A stretch of DNA of 64,000 nucleotides from Xylographa opegraphella (lineage: Eukaryota). The notes below the pieces were generated by a model that searched no databases, was not told the origin of the DNA, and was given only the letters and a program-made list of their open reading frames with translations. Below, one piece after another: positions 23,741-35,368 of this stretch. The translations under genes were made by a program, and so were the position numbers. The stretch lies in NCBI GenBank assembly GCA_022813865.1, contig JALDZX010000030.1, positions 124,001-188,000 of the forward strand, read 5' to 3'. How positions within the stretch are numbered: the stretch's first letter is position 1; each line of letters begins with the position of its first letter.

Positions 23741-25231
23741 ATGTCTTCAGACTCTGAGTCGCTTCCAATCAGCCCTCTTCCAGAGGCTGGCAAGGATCCT
23801 AGCGATCCCAACGAACTGCCTTATCAAGACCACGATCCACCTTCAGCACCGATTGGGAATCCTACCGCAGACATGGACGCTCTATCTGATAACGAGTCTG
23901 TACTATCGGATATCGATGAAGCGCAATTCGAAGACTTCGACCCGGCTAATGTTGCTATTGATGAGCGACCAGCAATCGCGGTTGATGAGGATACTGTGAA
24001 ACTACTAGGCCGACACAAAAGGAAGAGGGATCTAGGTGATGGTGTAGCTGATGGAGAAGGCGGTAAGAGGAAGAGAAAGGAAGGCAAGCGGGAGAAGCCC
24101 AAGAAATCGAGGAAGAAGCGAGATGAGGATGACAACTTCAGTGGAGGTGAAGAGCTGGAGGGTAAGAGAGCAAGGAAGAAGAAGGCTATAGCTGAAGGGG
24201 GTGAAAAGAGGGAGAAGCCGAGAGCGAGGCAAGCGACACCTGAGAATGAAGAGGAATTGGATCCAGCAGAGCGTGAGTTGCCGGATATGGCTTGCGCTAT
24301 TACCATAATGCTGTCTAATTCCTGCTAGGTCGAAGAAGAGCTCTTGATCGAGCGATGGATAAGGCGCTGAAGAATCCGAACAAGCGGCGTCGCCGTGCGG
24401 ATGGCATTGTAAGTATACTTGGAAGACCACGCTCGAAACAGCCTACTTATATACACGCCACAGGATGTCAATAGCATGGCTGATGAGGAGATTGCTTCAC
24501 TACGTCAACGAATGGCCGATGCTGCAGAACGCGATGTTCAAGCTCGATCGGCTGACCCACCTCGCCCTGCGATGCACAAGCTGCGTCTTTTGCCAGAAGT
24601 GGTTGCTCTGCTAAATCGCAATGGTCGAGAAATAGAAAATGCTATCGTCGACCCTGAGAACAACCTACTGGAATCTGTCCGCTTCTTTCTGGAACCTTTA
24701 AATGATGGCTCTCTACCCGCCTACAACATTCAGCGCGAGCTATTCGCCTGCTTAGCCAAGCTCCCTATCGGTAAAGACAGTCTCGTCTCCAGCGGCATAG
24801 GCAAAGTCGTTTTATTCTACACGAAAAGCAAGAAACCTGAAGTGGGCATCAAGCGACAAGCCGAGCGCCTCCTCGGTGAATGGACACGGCCCATCCTCAA
24901 ACGCAGCGACGACTATCGCAAGCGCGTTCTCGAGGAAGTGGACTATGATCCAACGAAGCTCCCTCTCCGTCCTAGTAGCCAGGCACACGGGTCTCGCATT
25001 GGCATTACCGAGACGGCAGCACAGATCCGGGAGCGAGCTCTGGCACCACCAGTCAAAACAAGCAATAGGGCAAGAATTGAGACTAACTTGACGAGCTACA
25101 GCATTGTGCCGAAGAGCTCTTCTGTAGCTGCAGGGCTCAATTCTAGACCTATGGGCGCGAGTGGAGAGGATGCGTTCAGAAAGATGAAGGCGAGGCAGTT
25201 GGTGGCGATGGGCAAGGGACCGAAAAGGTAA
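23741..25231 (+). CDS. IWS1: Transcription elongation factor Iws1/Spn1
   Basis: Acidic/basic N-terminus, then TFIIS-N-like domain FFLEPLNDGSLPAYNIQRELF..L.KLPI....L..SGIGKVVLFY...EWTRPILKRSDDY. Confidence 0.93.
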
Positions 25232-25664
25232 AAGACTAACAGTCTTGGGAAGAGCCTTTGAGACTGGGAGGGGATGAAGTGAGGTTCGCAAGTGAAAGAT
25301 CAATGATCGGTGTCCTTTAATTGAGTACTTTCGCGCATTCTATGTGTGCTCTGTCTTCCAGCACGATGAGTCAGGGCCATAAAACTGCTCCGGCTCGATA
25401 TCTACATAGAATAAGCCCTTGATATGCAATACATCTGCGCTACTTCTCCATGATCCCAATAGCAAAATTTCATCAAAAAAAACACACATCTACGGGTGCA
25501 TCCCTCGAGCCAAGCAAAAATCCCTGACTAGGTATCCTAGCCCCATCTCACCGGCCCGACCCACTCCGAGAAACCTCCAAACTCCAATGCCAAACCATCC
25601 CATCTTCCCACCAACCTTACCCGCAACCCATCAAAGCACCCCACACGATCCTCAACCCACAACC

Positions 25665-26170
25665 ATGTTCGGAGGCCGTACGCTCCCTCTCCTTCCCTCT
25701 CCCTCCTTACACATCTACGGTAGCTAACCCCTCCCCTCCTCGCAGCCCAACAACCCCCCAGCAAAGCCGAGCTCAAGGTACACTCCCCCCCCATCTCCCT
25801 CCCGGCCCCGACGCCCATTTCCCCCAACCCCGAGCGTCTCAAAGCACACACTTCGAAGCGTGCTCTGCATCCCCCAGTATTGCAATCCAGACCAGCGGGC
25901 CCGTTACGGAGACTATGGAGGTGGTTTCGCTGACGGGGCGTGACATGCAGGCGCAAGAAGAAGATGCCGCGACGACGGTGACGCGTGTGTTGGTCGGGAG
26001 CGTGTTGCTGTATCTGTGTACGTGCATCCTGGGACGGCGGCTTTGGAGGCTGTTTGTGGGAGGACTGGGGGGGGGGGACTGGGGGTGCGTGGTGTATGGT
26101 GTGGTGTGGCTAATGCGTGGGTCTTGCTGCAGCTCCGTTTGCGATTGATTATGTGAAGAGGTTGGTGTAG
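25665..26170 (+). CDS. TOM5: Mitochondrial import receptor subunit Tom5 (49 aa); exons 25665-25677, 25746-25777, 25951-26017, 26133-26170
   Basis: Spliced product MFGGPQQPPSKAELKAQEEDAATTVTRVLVGSVLLYLSPFAIDYVKRLV has the Tom5 pattern MFGG...LYLSPF.ID. All three introns are canonical. Confidence 0.9.
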
Positions 26171-26406
26171 ATGGGGTAAGGGAGGGGGTCTTGAGTGATT
26201 GGGAGGAGTGTGCGGTGTGCGAAGGGCGGGCTCAGTCAGGGAGAAGCGCTGAGAGGGTGTACGATACGTGGGGGCATAGATGTGGCTGGGAAGGTTATAG
26301 AGGGAGGTATTGCACATACGGAGTGGCACAAGCGCTGAACCGGGGACATGACATGGACGTCCGAGCTTCTCCCGTTGTTCAGGTACCCAAAAACCCGCTG
26401 TAATAT

Positions 26407-28206
26407 TTACCAAATCCGTCTAATCTGGCTGCTTGAAAGTCCCGACGATCCTCCAGTATGACCAATTGCACTTCTATCGACTGAGGCGTTGCTATTACCG
26501 TTCCCACCGTTCCCACTGGCCTTTGGTTTGCCTGATTCCCACTCAGTCCATTCCGTGCGTAACTGCTCCAACTCCTTCGCCAGGTGCTCGAGCTGTTTGT
26601 GGTAATCGGCGAGGATCTAGGACCCCCTGTCAGCAGTGATCCTAACTCTTATCGGGAAGGAATTTATTCGGACCTTCCTCGCCTTCTCCAAAGTCTCCTC
26701 ATCAAGGCTCTGCTCATTGGCATTCGGCCCACCGAGTCCTCGTTTCTCCATCTCGGATTGCAGCAACCGTCCTCTGTCCCGCACACTGACCATTCGCGCC
26801 CAGATTTCCTCGCTCCGCCCCTCAAGCACAGGATCAAAGACTTGCTTCTCTAGCGTCAACAGCTTGTGCCGTAACTCCTCCTCCGCCCCATCCATGGCGT
26901 AGCCTCTGTTCCTCAGAAGTTGCGTCTTCGTGGCGAGTGCCAAGCATTTCTGACTCAAAGCTTGGTGTTTTCGACGGCACTGGGCTGTCCGAGTAGAGAT
27001 ATCCACGTCATGTTTATTCAACAGGGCTGTCAGACCGGCGTTGATCTCGAAGAGACGCCCGTGCAGCACGCGCAGACATTCTTCTTGGATGAGGATGCGC
27101 TGCCCAAGTTGGTAGAAGCCACGTAATTTGAACGGAACAGCTCCGAGGTTGGGACGCTTGCGGAGAGCGGCTTCCCACTGATCTTCGTTATCATTAGGGC
27201 CGGGCCGGTAAAATGGTGCTGCATCTGGGGGAACGGTGTTGTAAAGGTAGGTATGGAAGCCGACACTGTCAGCGGAGTCGGGGTTCCATTTGCGGAAGAT
27301 GAGGTCGATTTGTTCGGAAACAGATTTATAGTCTTGAAGTTGATCCCATCGTCAGCAATGGTTCAGATCAGAAGGGGCGGTTAGCTCACCCGGTACCAGA
27401 GCCTGCTCCAACCATATTCTATTCTGTCGCGAAGGACCAATCAGATCGGCATTCGATTGTGGTCGCTGTCGCTGCTGTTGTGAAGGTTGCTCTTGCTGCT
27501 GTGGATTGCCAAAGATACTTGATGCTCGCCCTGGACCTGATGCAGGGAACAAGGTGCCGGCTTGCTGAGGCTGCGATCCACCAAATGACAAGCCCCCTTG
27601 GGCTGGCTGTGCTTGCTGTGCTGGCTGTCCAAATATACTTCCTCCCTGCGCTTGCTGTGCTAGTTGTCCGAATATACTACCTCCCTGTGATTGCTGTGCT
27701 GGTTGTCCAAATACACTACCTCCCTGCGCTTGCTGTGCTGGTTGTCCGAATGTACTGCCTCCCTGTGCAGGCTGCGGTGCAAATAGACCACCACTTTGCG
27801 AGGCTTGTGACTGCTGACCTAGGTTCCCAAAGATACTAGCTCCCTGCTGTGGTTTTGATGTACCACCGAACAGGCTCCCACTTTGTTGCGGTTGGGAACT
27901 TTGCCCAAATATGCTTCCCGTCGATTGTGGTTGGGAGCTCTGCCCGAAGATGTTGCTCGTCGGCTGCGGCTGTGTGCTTTGCCCAAAGACGTTTCCCGTT
28001 GATTGTGGCTGCGAGCTTTGTCCAAATACACTGCTGGTCTGCTGCGGCTGCGAGCTTTGCCCAAAGATATTGCTCGTCGACTGCGGCTGGGAGGTTCGTC
28101 CAAAGATATTTCCTCCGCCGCCGAAAAGGCTGGTAGACGCAGGCGCGCTCGTCGTGTTGGAGGAACCAAAGCCGCCCCCCGACGGATTGCCAAAGATGCT
28201 GGACAT
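26407..28206 (-). CDS. NUP57: FG nucleoporin Nup57/Nup54
   Basis: N-terminal SIFGQ repeats, then W..A...RP.....P....GF..L..R and LRNRGYAM..AEEEL...L..LE..V.DP...GR.EEIWARM coiled coils. Confidence 0.9.
27590..28110 (-). repeat. Coding tandem repeats of 36-39 nt (FG repeats GGSIFGQPAQQAQ / TSNIFGQSSQPQ)
   Basis: Repeated units such as ccctgcgcttgctgtgctggttgtcc and tgcggctgcgagctttgccc. Confidence 0.85.
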
Positions 28207-28480
28207 GGGGAGGGGATGTCGAGGATGGGTCAGACTTAAGGAGTATCCGAAGGATAGTCGGTTGAGTAGCGCTGGCGAGCGATCGCAGCGTGTGGTTCTA
28301 GAAACTGCGAAGATCAAGACGGCGACATTGTGTCAATCAAAGAGCGATTAGGAGATACACTGCAGAAAAATTAGCTGCTCAGGGTCGCATGAGCTGAAAC
28401 TGTGATCCGTAAATGGCGAACTGTTTTTCTTTCATGATGCCCCAAGCGGCATCGAACGCGTTAAAAGACTTAACGCGCTA

Positions 28481-28487
28481 GCCAATC
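28481..28487 (+). promoter_or_regulatory. CCAAT box in the short NUP57/NDUFA8 divergent promoter
   Basis: GCCAATCA about 110 bp upstream of a respiratory-chain gene. An ACGCGT element lies nearby (about 28456). Confidence 0.4.
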
Positions 28488-28592
28488 AAGAACCGGCCCA
28501 CGATCAAGCTCTCACTTCAGCCTTACGAAGCTTCAGCCCTAGAGATTCCCTCCTCAATGTCCGACAATCATCCGGCTTCTTGACCCACCACC

Positions 28593-29283
28593 ATGTCGAC
28601 CCGCCATCCAGTGTACGTTCTCTGTTCGAACTTTTACCTCTCAGATCATACTGACTTGATTGACTCTATAGCTTCAATCAGCAAGTCCTCATCGACACTA
28701 CCCCTCTCCCGGACCACATCCCCAAAATCCGGGAGATCGGTGCCAGTTCTGCCCCTCTGCTGAGCGCCTCCTACTTCATTGGCGCAAGGTGTAAGGCTTA
28801 CAACGATGACTACATGCTTTGTAAGACGCAGGCGCATGGAAAGGGCGAGCTGGAGTGCATGAAAGAGGGTCGGAAGGTGACGAGGTGTGCCGCAAGTGTG
28901 TAAGTTATATATCTGGTCTCCGGAGAAGGAACGACGAGTGTACGAGACGAGGGTAGATGTGTGTGGAGGGAAGCTTATGACGAGCAACTGACAAGGGCAA
29001 CATAGACTGGAAGACATGAACAAAGCGTGCTTGGAAGAGTTCCGGCGGCATTGGGGTTGCCTTGAACAGAACAATCAGCAGTTGTGGCATTGCAGGAGGG
29101 CGGAAACGTTGCTGAATGCTTGCGTTTTTGATAAGCTGGTATATCACCATTCATTAGTCTCAATTGTGTCCACAGCGGGTACTGATCGGACTCTAGAAAC
29201 TAGAGAAGACGATTCCAGGCACACCGGAGGGAGAAACTCCAGTCCACCTTAGAAAACGGCAAATTTACTCGCAGAACCATTAG
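28593..29283 (+). CDS. NDUFA8: NADH:ubiquinone oxidoreductase 20.8 kDa subunit (NDUFA8)
   Basis: EIGASSAPLLSASYFIGARCKAYNDDYMLCK...CMKEGRKVTRCA, C.EEF..HW.CLE.NNQQLW.CR..E..LN.CVFDKL (twin CX9C motifs). Four exons. Confidence 0.93.
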
Positions 29284-29780
29284 GCTGTTTGCAAGCGTGT
29301 CACTATACAAATTATGATAATTTCCAGAAGTATCGTTCTGGCTCACATGCCTTGTAGCACTCACTCAGGTTTTATGATTGCTCGTGGTTTGTACGAGTGG
29401 GCTTTCCAGTTGGTCTTCTCAGATAATTATGCATATGATTCTGTATTAAGTAAAGATACTCCAGGACACAAGAACAATCGCCGAATCTCATGCCAGATCG
29501 TATCCCTCGTGCATCTACGACAGATCATGTACGCAAGAACGCAAGGAGGAATGAAGACACCGTAATGTATGTTACATTACTGAGCGACAAATCCCAAACC
29601 CGACACAGAAATCGTCGGGACATATCGGCGACCGCCCAGATCCAATGAACAGGGGTATCTCATAATGTCTCCAATGTTGTGCCGCCGTTGCAAATGCTTC
29701 AAAGACATAGAAACCAGGTTCCTCAAGCCGAATCCACCATTACAACTCGTACTCCGTCGTGTAGTATTCCCGATCCTATA

Positions 29781-32700
29781 TTACTCAATGAACGCGGCGA
29801 TCTCGCGGGCTCGTCTCGCCAAGGGTGGAATCTTCTGAAGTACTGGGTTGCGATGGTCCAGTTCAGCGAGCCGCATATACTGGCTTTCGAGACGCTGGCT
29901 CAGAACATTCATAATCCTCGGCGCTACCTCGCGTACATCAGGATCCTAGATTCAGATCAGTCAAAGATCTACACAAGGTTTTGATTCAGCCACTACCTGG
30001 GTATTTAGGATTGACAAAACAATATCAAGCCAATCCAGGCGCTCAGAGAGATTGTTCTCAAGGGCTGAAGTAACAGCTGCGCCTACTGAGAGAGTCACTA
30101 AGGATTGGCATTGGCGAAGGTAAGCTGGATTGCAGTTGACAAAGAAGGTATCAAAAAGAACGCCTTGTTGCTTGGATTGAAGCCACTAATGAAAGTCAGT
30201 CACTTGTTTCAGCCTGAGACTCTGTTCTGTTACCATGATCGTGCCCTCTTCGAACCTTCCTTCATTCATCAGTGTCGTAATATCATCCAGCTCTTGCTGT
30301 TCAGGAGTAAGAACAGGTCCCGGTGAATCGGTTGGAGCAATCGAATTTTCGTTGAGCTGTACTGAGCCAGTCTTAGCTGAAGAGCTTGCCTGACGATTTT
30401 GTGCGTTTTGTTGCTGCGATCTCAATATCTCTGACTGAAATCCTGATTGAGCGGCTGCCATTGCGGAAACAGTCTCTGACAGCCCACGAACAAGCGTGGT
30501 AAGCTGATCAATCTTTGCGCTATCTTCACGATGTTGAACATCCACCTGCTTGAGCTGCTCGCTCATTCGTCGCTCTGTCTCAGCAGCCATCCTCTGCGCC
30601 GCACCAATAGCAACGTTTTGGAACGAGGGTAAAACAGTCTGGTTCAATAACACCGCGAATTGTCTCTCGACCTGATTTGCTACTTTCGTGGTGACTTGAT
30701 CGGACAAAACGCGTAGAACATCAGGGTGCTGAAGTGACTTGAAGACTGCTTCTGGTAAGGCAAGCTTCAACTGAGCTGGAAGGGTGTGTAGAAGTTGTTG
30801 TGTTAGATGCGTGGGAACATTCTTATCCAGTGTTGATGCAGTAACCTCCGAAATTGAAGGTACAACTATCTTCTCAATATTGCTTTTGATAATGCGCGAC
30901 AACGCTTTGTCGACATTGTCAGTCAGGGTACTTGACACTAAGCGGAGAATTGCGTCCTGTTTAGCGGCTCCAGCGGCATCTTGTATACGCTTGTCTTCGT
31001 CGAACCGTCGATATAGAGCAGAGAGTTCCCTATTCAAGACATTTGAGAACTCGCCGGAGACGATTTTCTCAATCTTCTTGAATTCCTTATCAAGAAAATC
31101 GTTCGAGATTCCGGAAGCAATTGATTCCGCTTCAGCGAGCTTACGTTCCGAACCATTCTGGGCCTTCGTGCTGGTCATTTCAGGAATATCTGCAGATGCC
31201 AGTTTCGAAGACTTGGAACGATTACTGTCTTTGATTGACAAAGTAGAGCTGTCTTTGGTTGACAAAGTAGTTGGCTGTTCATTTGTCAAGTGAGCCCGTG
31301 TTGCGGCAGCAGCATAAGTGTCAGGTGCAACAGGCGCTTGCGGAATAACGGCAGACGACAAATCTGGGTTAGCGGCGTTCCGCTTTTTCTTCTTCTTATC
31401 CAACTTCTCTGTACCATTGGTCGTCGAGCCGTTGGTAATAGCAGTGATATTTGGGGTTATTAGAGTGTCTACAATCCCGAAGTCCGTACCAGTTTTGATG
31501 TGGTCAAATCTTGGTGATGCTTTCGACGGAGCCTTTATTACCTCCTTGGAATTCCCTTTGTGCGCCAGATCGGATGGCATGGATAGTTTCATTTGAGTGT
31601 CCCCATTAACAGAAGATTTTTCACTGACAGCAGCTGCTTGAGGATCGCGCAAATCTCGCACTTCAATTTGTCCCAGCTGTTCTGCATCCATAGGGTTCAT
31701 AACTTTGTGATCTTGACTCCATCCAAGATCTTCCTTCTTGATATTCAAGCAAGTAGCGCCTTTCGAATGCATCACGTATAACTCAAAGAGAGAAGGATCG
31801 ACATCGCTGTTGAGATTCCTTAAAGATTCACTAGATATTGGTAGCAGATCAATGCTTCGAAGATGGCCCTTGGATGAGAAAGAGTACTCCCTCATGCCAC
31901 TCATGATCGCCGTGGCTTCTGGTTTGGGCAATGCCGAATCCTTGTTCGCAAGGCGTTGCGCAAATTTGGCCTGTGACATTGGAGGTAGATTGTATTTGGG
32001 AGCTGATAGATGAACAAAGTATATAGAGTTCCGCGCAGGATGACCGACAACAATCATGCCCGAAGCCGGATGATAGGACACGCTGCAAATCGCATCGGAT
32101 TCATTCTCATGGGGGAAGTTCAACTCCTGAACTGCCTTCCCAAGGCCAAGATCCCATAATTGCAAGGTATGATTCTGCTTCATTCCCACTATTATGTAGC
32201 GGAGCGCAATGCATTTAGTGTATGGCCTTAGCTTGTCAACATATAGCACAGAAGTCGGCCAGCACTTCTCATTAGCAACAGCCGTAGAAAATGTGAGCAG
32301 CGGTGTTTTTATCTCATTGGTCGCAATCTTGGATGCAGTGCCATTGGATTCATGCATCAATTCACGAATGTCCCAAAATCGAAGCCTGCCGGCTTTGTCG
32401 AGGGTAGTGATGACGGTGTCATCTTCGCTGAAAGCGAAGTCTTTCCCTGCCTTGCCGGTGTTGATGCGAAGATTACGGTCCCTGAAGTAGTTTTCTGAGT
32501 CAACCACCGATGAGGACGTGAGGTGAGATTTCTGGGCATGAAATGGAAAAACGAGTTGGATTGACTTGCCACGCCCTATGGCAAAAACCTCCGGGTGCCG
32601 ACTGCTCTTCTTCGCTCTTGTCTTAAGCTGGCCACCAGAGGAGTTCTCATCGTGTGTTGGAACAGGTGGAAAGGAAAGACTACACTTCTCTATGCTCTCC

Positions 32701-34673
32701 TCTTGTATGCAGTCAACCCCTTCATGACTTATTGCAGTCCAATAAACCGTGCCACTTATGCCGGTGGAAATGGAAGTTTGGACACTGCTAAGTGGACTCC
32801 GTGATGGAGCCGTAGAAAGCGCCACATTGAATATTCGATCGTGAGTCTCTTTGAAAACTTGACGATCTGCGCCATCCTCTTGACGAATGATGCGAAGTCC
32901 GCCATTCTTGGGTATGGCATATATGATGAAGGTGTCGGAAGCTGTGGCCAACGTACGGTCAATTTGATCGAATTCCTTCTTCATACGAGCAATTTCGACG
33001 ATTGCTTCCTCGCGAAACCTTCTTGTACAAGGCTCATCCTGTGTTACGTCAATGGAGACGAAAGGCTTCATCGGAAAATTGTAAACAGGGACTGCAGTTG
33101 TGGTTGAGGCTCCACTGGGAGTCGTCTCGTGTTCTGCACTTCTCGCAGGACCGTCGACGTCGCCTGTAGCAGCATCGACAATTACTTTCTTGATGGCTTC
33201 CGCAACAGATTCTGGCATGATCTCTTCCAGAATGCCCTGATTTTCATCTTGGTCAAGTTCTTCTTTCACGTCGGCCGCGACTTCTTGCAATTCATCTCGC
33301 AATTCTTCAAGTACACATTCCTCGTCTGCCTCAAGCGCTTCATCCTTGATTTGCGCAATATAATCCGCCTCAACTGCTTGGGCCAGCGCATGCTCAACTT
33401 GCTTACTGACCTGCTCCCCAACTCCATTAAGCGCCTCAGCTACAGTCTCAGCATCAGTGGTCGGAGCGCCAATACCAATTAAGGCTTCTATGGGAGTACG
33501 CCCATCATCACGAGCAGTGGGCGGTGGACACTCGATACTCTGTATGATATCGCTTCCTGCTGGTATGAGTTTCCTCCTTGAAGCTGCAAATTTAGGTGCT
33601 AGCGAAGGCTCGTTGCTCTTGCGCTTAACGCCTTCACCATTTGTTCCAAGTTTGGAGGATTTGGCGAGTCCTCGTAGCGGTGTGGAGCTGCCAGGTCGAG
33701 ATTTAGCATTTCTAGGTGATGAAGCTGCAAGCTGGTCAAAGGGATTCACGTATGTGAATATAGATTCTTTCGGGGCCTCAACCTTGGGCATATCTTGTGG
33801 CTCAAAGGGTGTCGTTTCCTTGCTATTGGTGCCAAATATGCGGATGGGAGAGTCCTTGCGTAACATAGATCCACCTTCACTCTGACCAGGCTTACTCTGC
33901 TCCTTCTGCATGGATGTCTCCGCTGGAGCTCGAGATAGCTTGTTAACACTCGCCTCTGATTTGGAAGTCAGAGGTTTGGTATTGATCTGCGATCGTGACA
34001 CTTCAGTTGTACTGGACGTAGACTGAGCTTTCGAGCGGTTGAGCAGTTGCATTAGGTATTCCTGTGGGTTTGAGACCGAGGAGTCTGTTATGTCCGTTGG
34101 AAGTTTAGCAGCTGAAGGAAGGACAATGGTCTCGTGTTGCGCAGAACTGGTGGATCTACCCATGAAAGAGGCAACGAGATCAGACGCTGATGGTCCTCGT
34201 CCATGCATTGATTGTCGGTTGAGATTGGGTGTAGATTGATGACTCGTTGGTTCGATACGGGTAGTATAGCTTGGAGTGTTTTGCAGAGATGAGCCTTGAG
34301 AGGAGGTCGGTTGCGTGAATTTTAGCAAACTCAAAAGGTTGGCTGTCCGATCTGCGGCGGATTGATCTGACAGGTTTGGTGTTCCGCTGTTTGAAGGAAA
34401 AGCATTTTGGGGTACGATGCTTGGCGCTCGTGGCTGTAAGGTGTTTTGCGATTGAGACATTCCTGATGATTGAGAACTTGGCCGAAGATTGCTTGTAGTC
34501 TGGGAAGGAAGTGAAGGATTTGTGAGGTCAAGAGGATAAGATTGAGAGCTTCCAAGCCCCGTATTCTCGTCCGGTCGACTACTGGTGGCTGAATAGCTCC
34601 TACCACCATTCGCTCGTAGGCTGGCAAAAAGTTCTTGCATGCTTGACGACTGATCCTCACCGCTGCTGGCCAT
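29781..34673 (-). CDS. EDC4/Pdc1-like mRNA decapping scaffold (WD40 plus coiled coil)
   Basis: 1495-aa first exon: disordered N-terminus, beta-propeller VYNFPMKPFVSI...KKEFDQIDRTL...NHTLQLWDL, helical C-terminus. Two short 3' exons end RRAREIAAFIE*. Confidence 0.8.
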
Positions 34674-35368
34674 GGTTCAGTTTACGTTATACGAAGAGAT
34701 ATGTGAATGGAAGAAATGCGAAGTGATGTGAGACATAGTGGGAGAGCTTTGAGCCACTGCGTATTATTCCGCTAGCCGTAATCTGGCTAGTGGCTCCGCT
34801 TCAGCGAAGAAGCACTGACCTTCGGCCTCCCGCCTCTAACCTCAAACCGAAAAAAGGGCGAGCAGGAGCCTCTTCTGTGCTACGTACAGCAATTAGGACT
34901 CAGAGGGAAGCCACCCGGATCGAGTCGTACTTAACGTTGCAATGAGAGTCAAGATTGATTGAGGTAGATTTGCTAGGTTTTGATCGAACTGAGCAGCTCC
35001 CAGAATATGTCGATACCAGAATAATTCGAGACGACGAATCATTTTTACATCATGGCCAGGGAGCACGTTCAGTGATAACTTAGAATCCGAACATCGAACC
35101 AATGATCAAGCTTACGAGAGGTCTTTTGCTTCTTCACGTTTCAGTGCCCTTCACTGACGGAAATGGCAGGTTAGGTTTATTTCATCGTAAGCGCAAAAGC
35201 TGCCATTGCACCAGACACAGCTATCTAAGTTAGATATGTAACATCTCTGGTTGAGTGCTAGAGTGAGGTCTCTTAGGCTCCGTGGACGACAGCCCAGTGA
35301 CTTGAGTACGGACCACAGCAGGGCAAAACCGGAGCATATAACCATATGCCGCTTGTAACTCCAGTCCT

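Noticed and set aside
25777..25950. [D1,2] stwintron in TOM5 intron 2 (G|GTACAC...CCCAG|TATTG)
   Set aside because: It would remove 174 nt and break the Tom5 frame, and no branch point precedes the internal AG. A single 173-nt intron gives the correct protein.
25537..26413. Minus-strand ORFs of 139 and 166 aa
   Set aside because: Low-complexity shadows of the skewed TOM5 locus.
27590..28110. Regularly spaced direct repeats as a CRISPR array
   Set aside because: Eukaryotic context, no unique spacers, and the repeats encode nucleoporin FG units.
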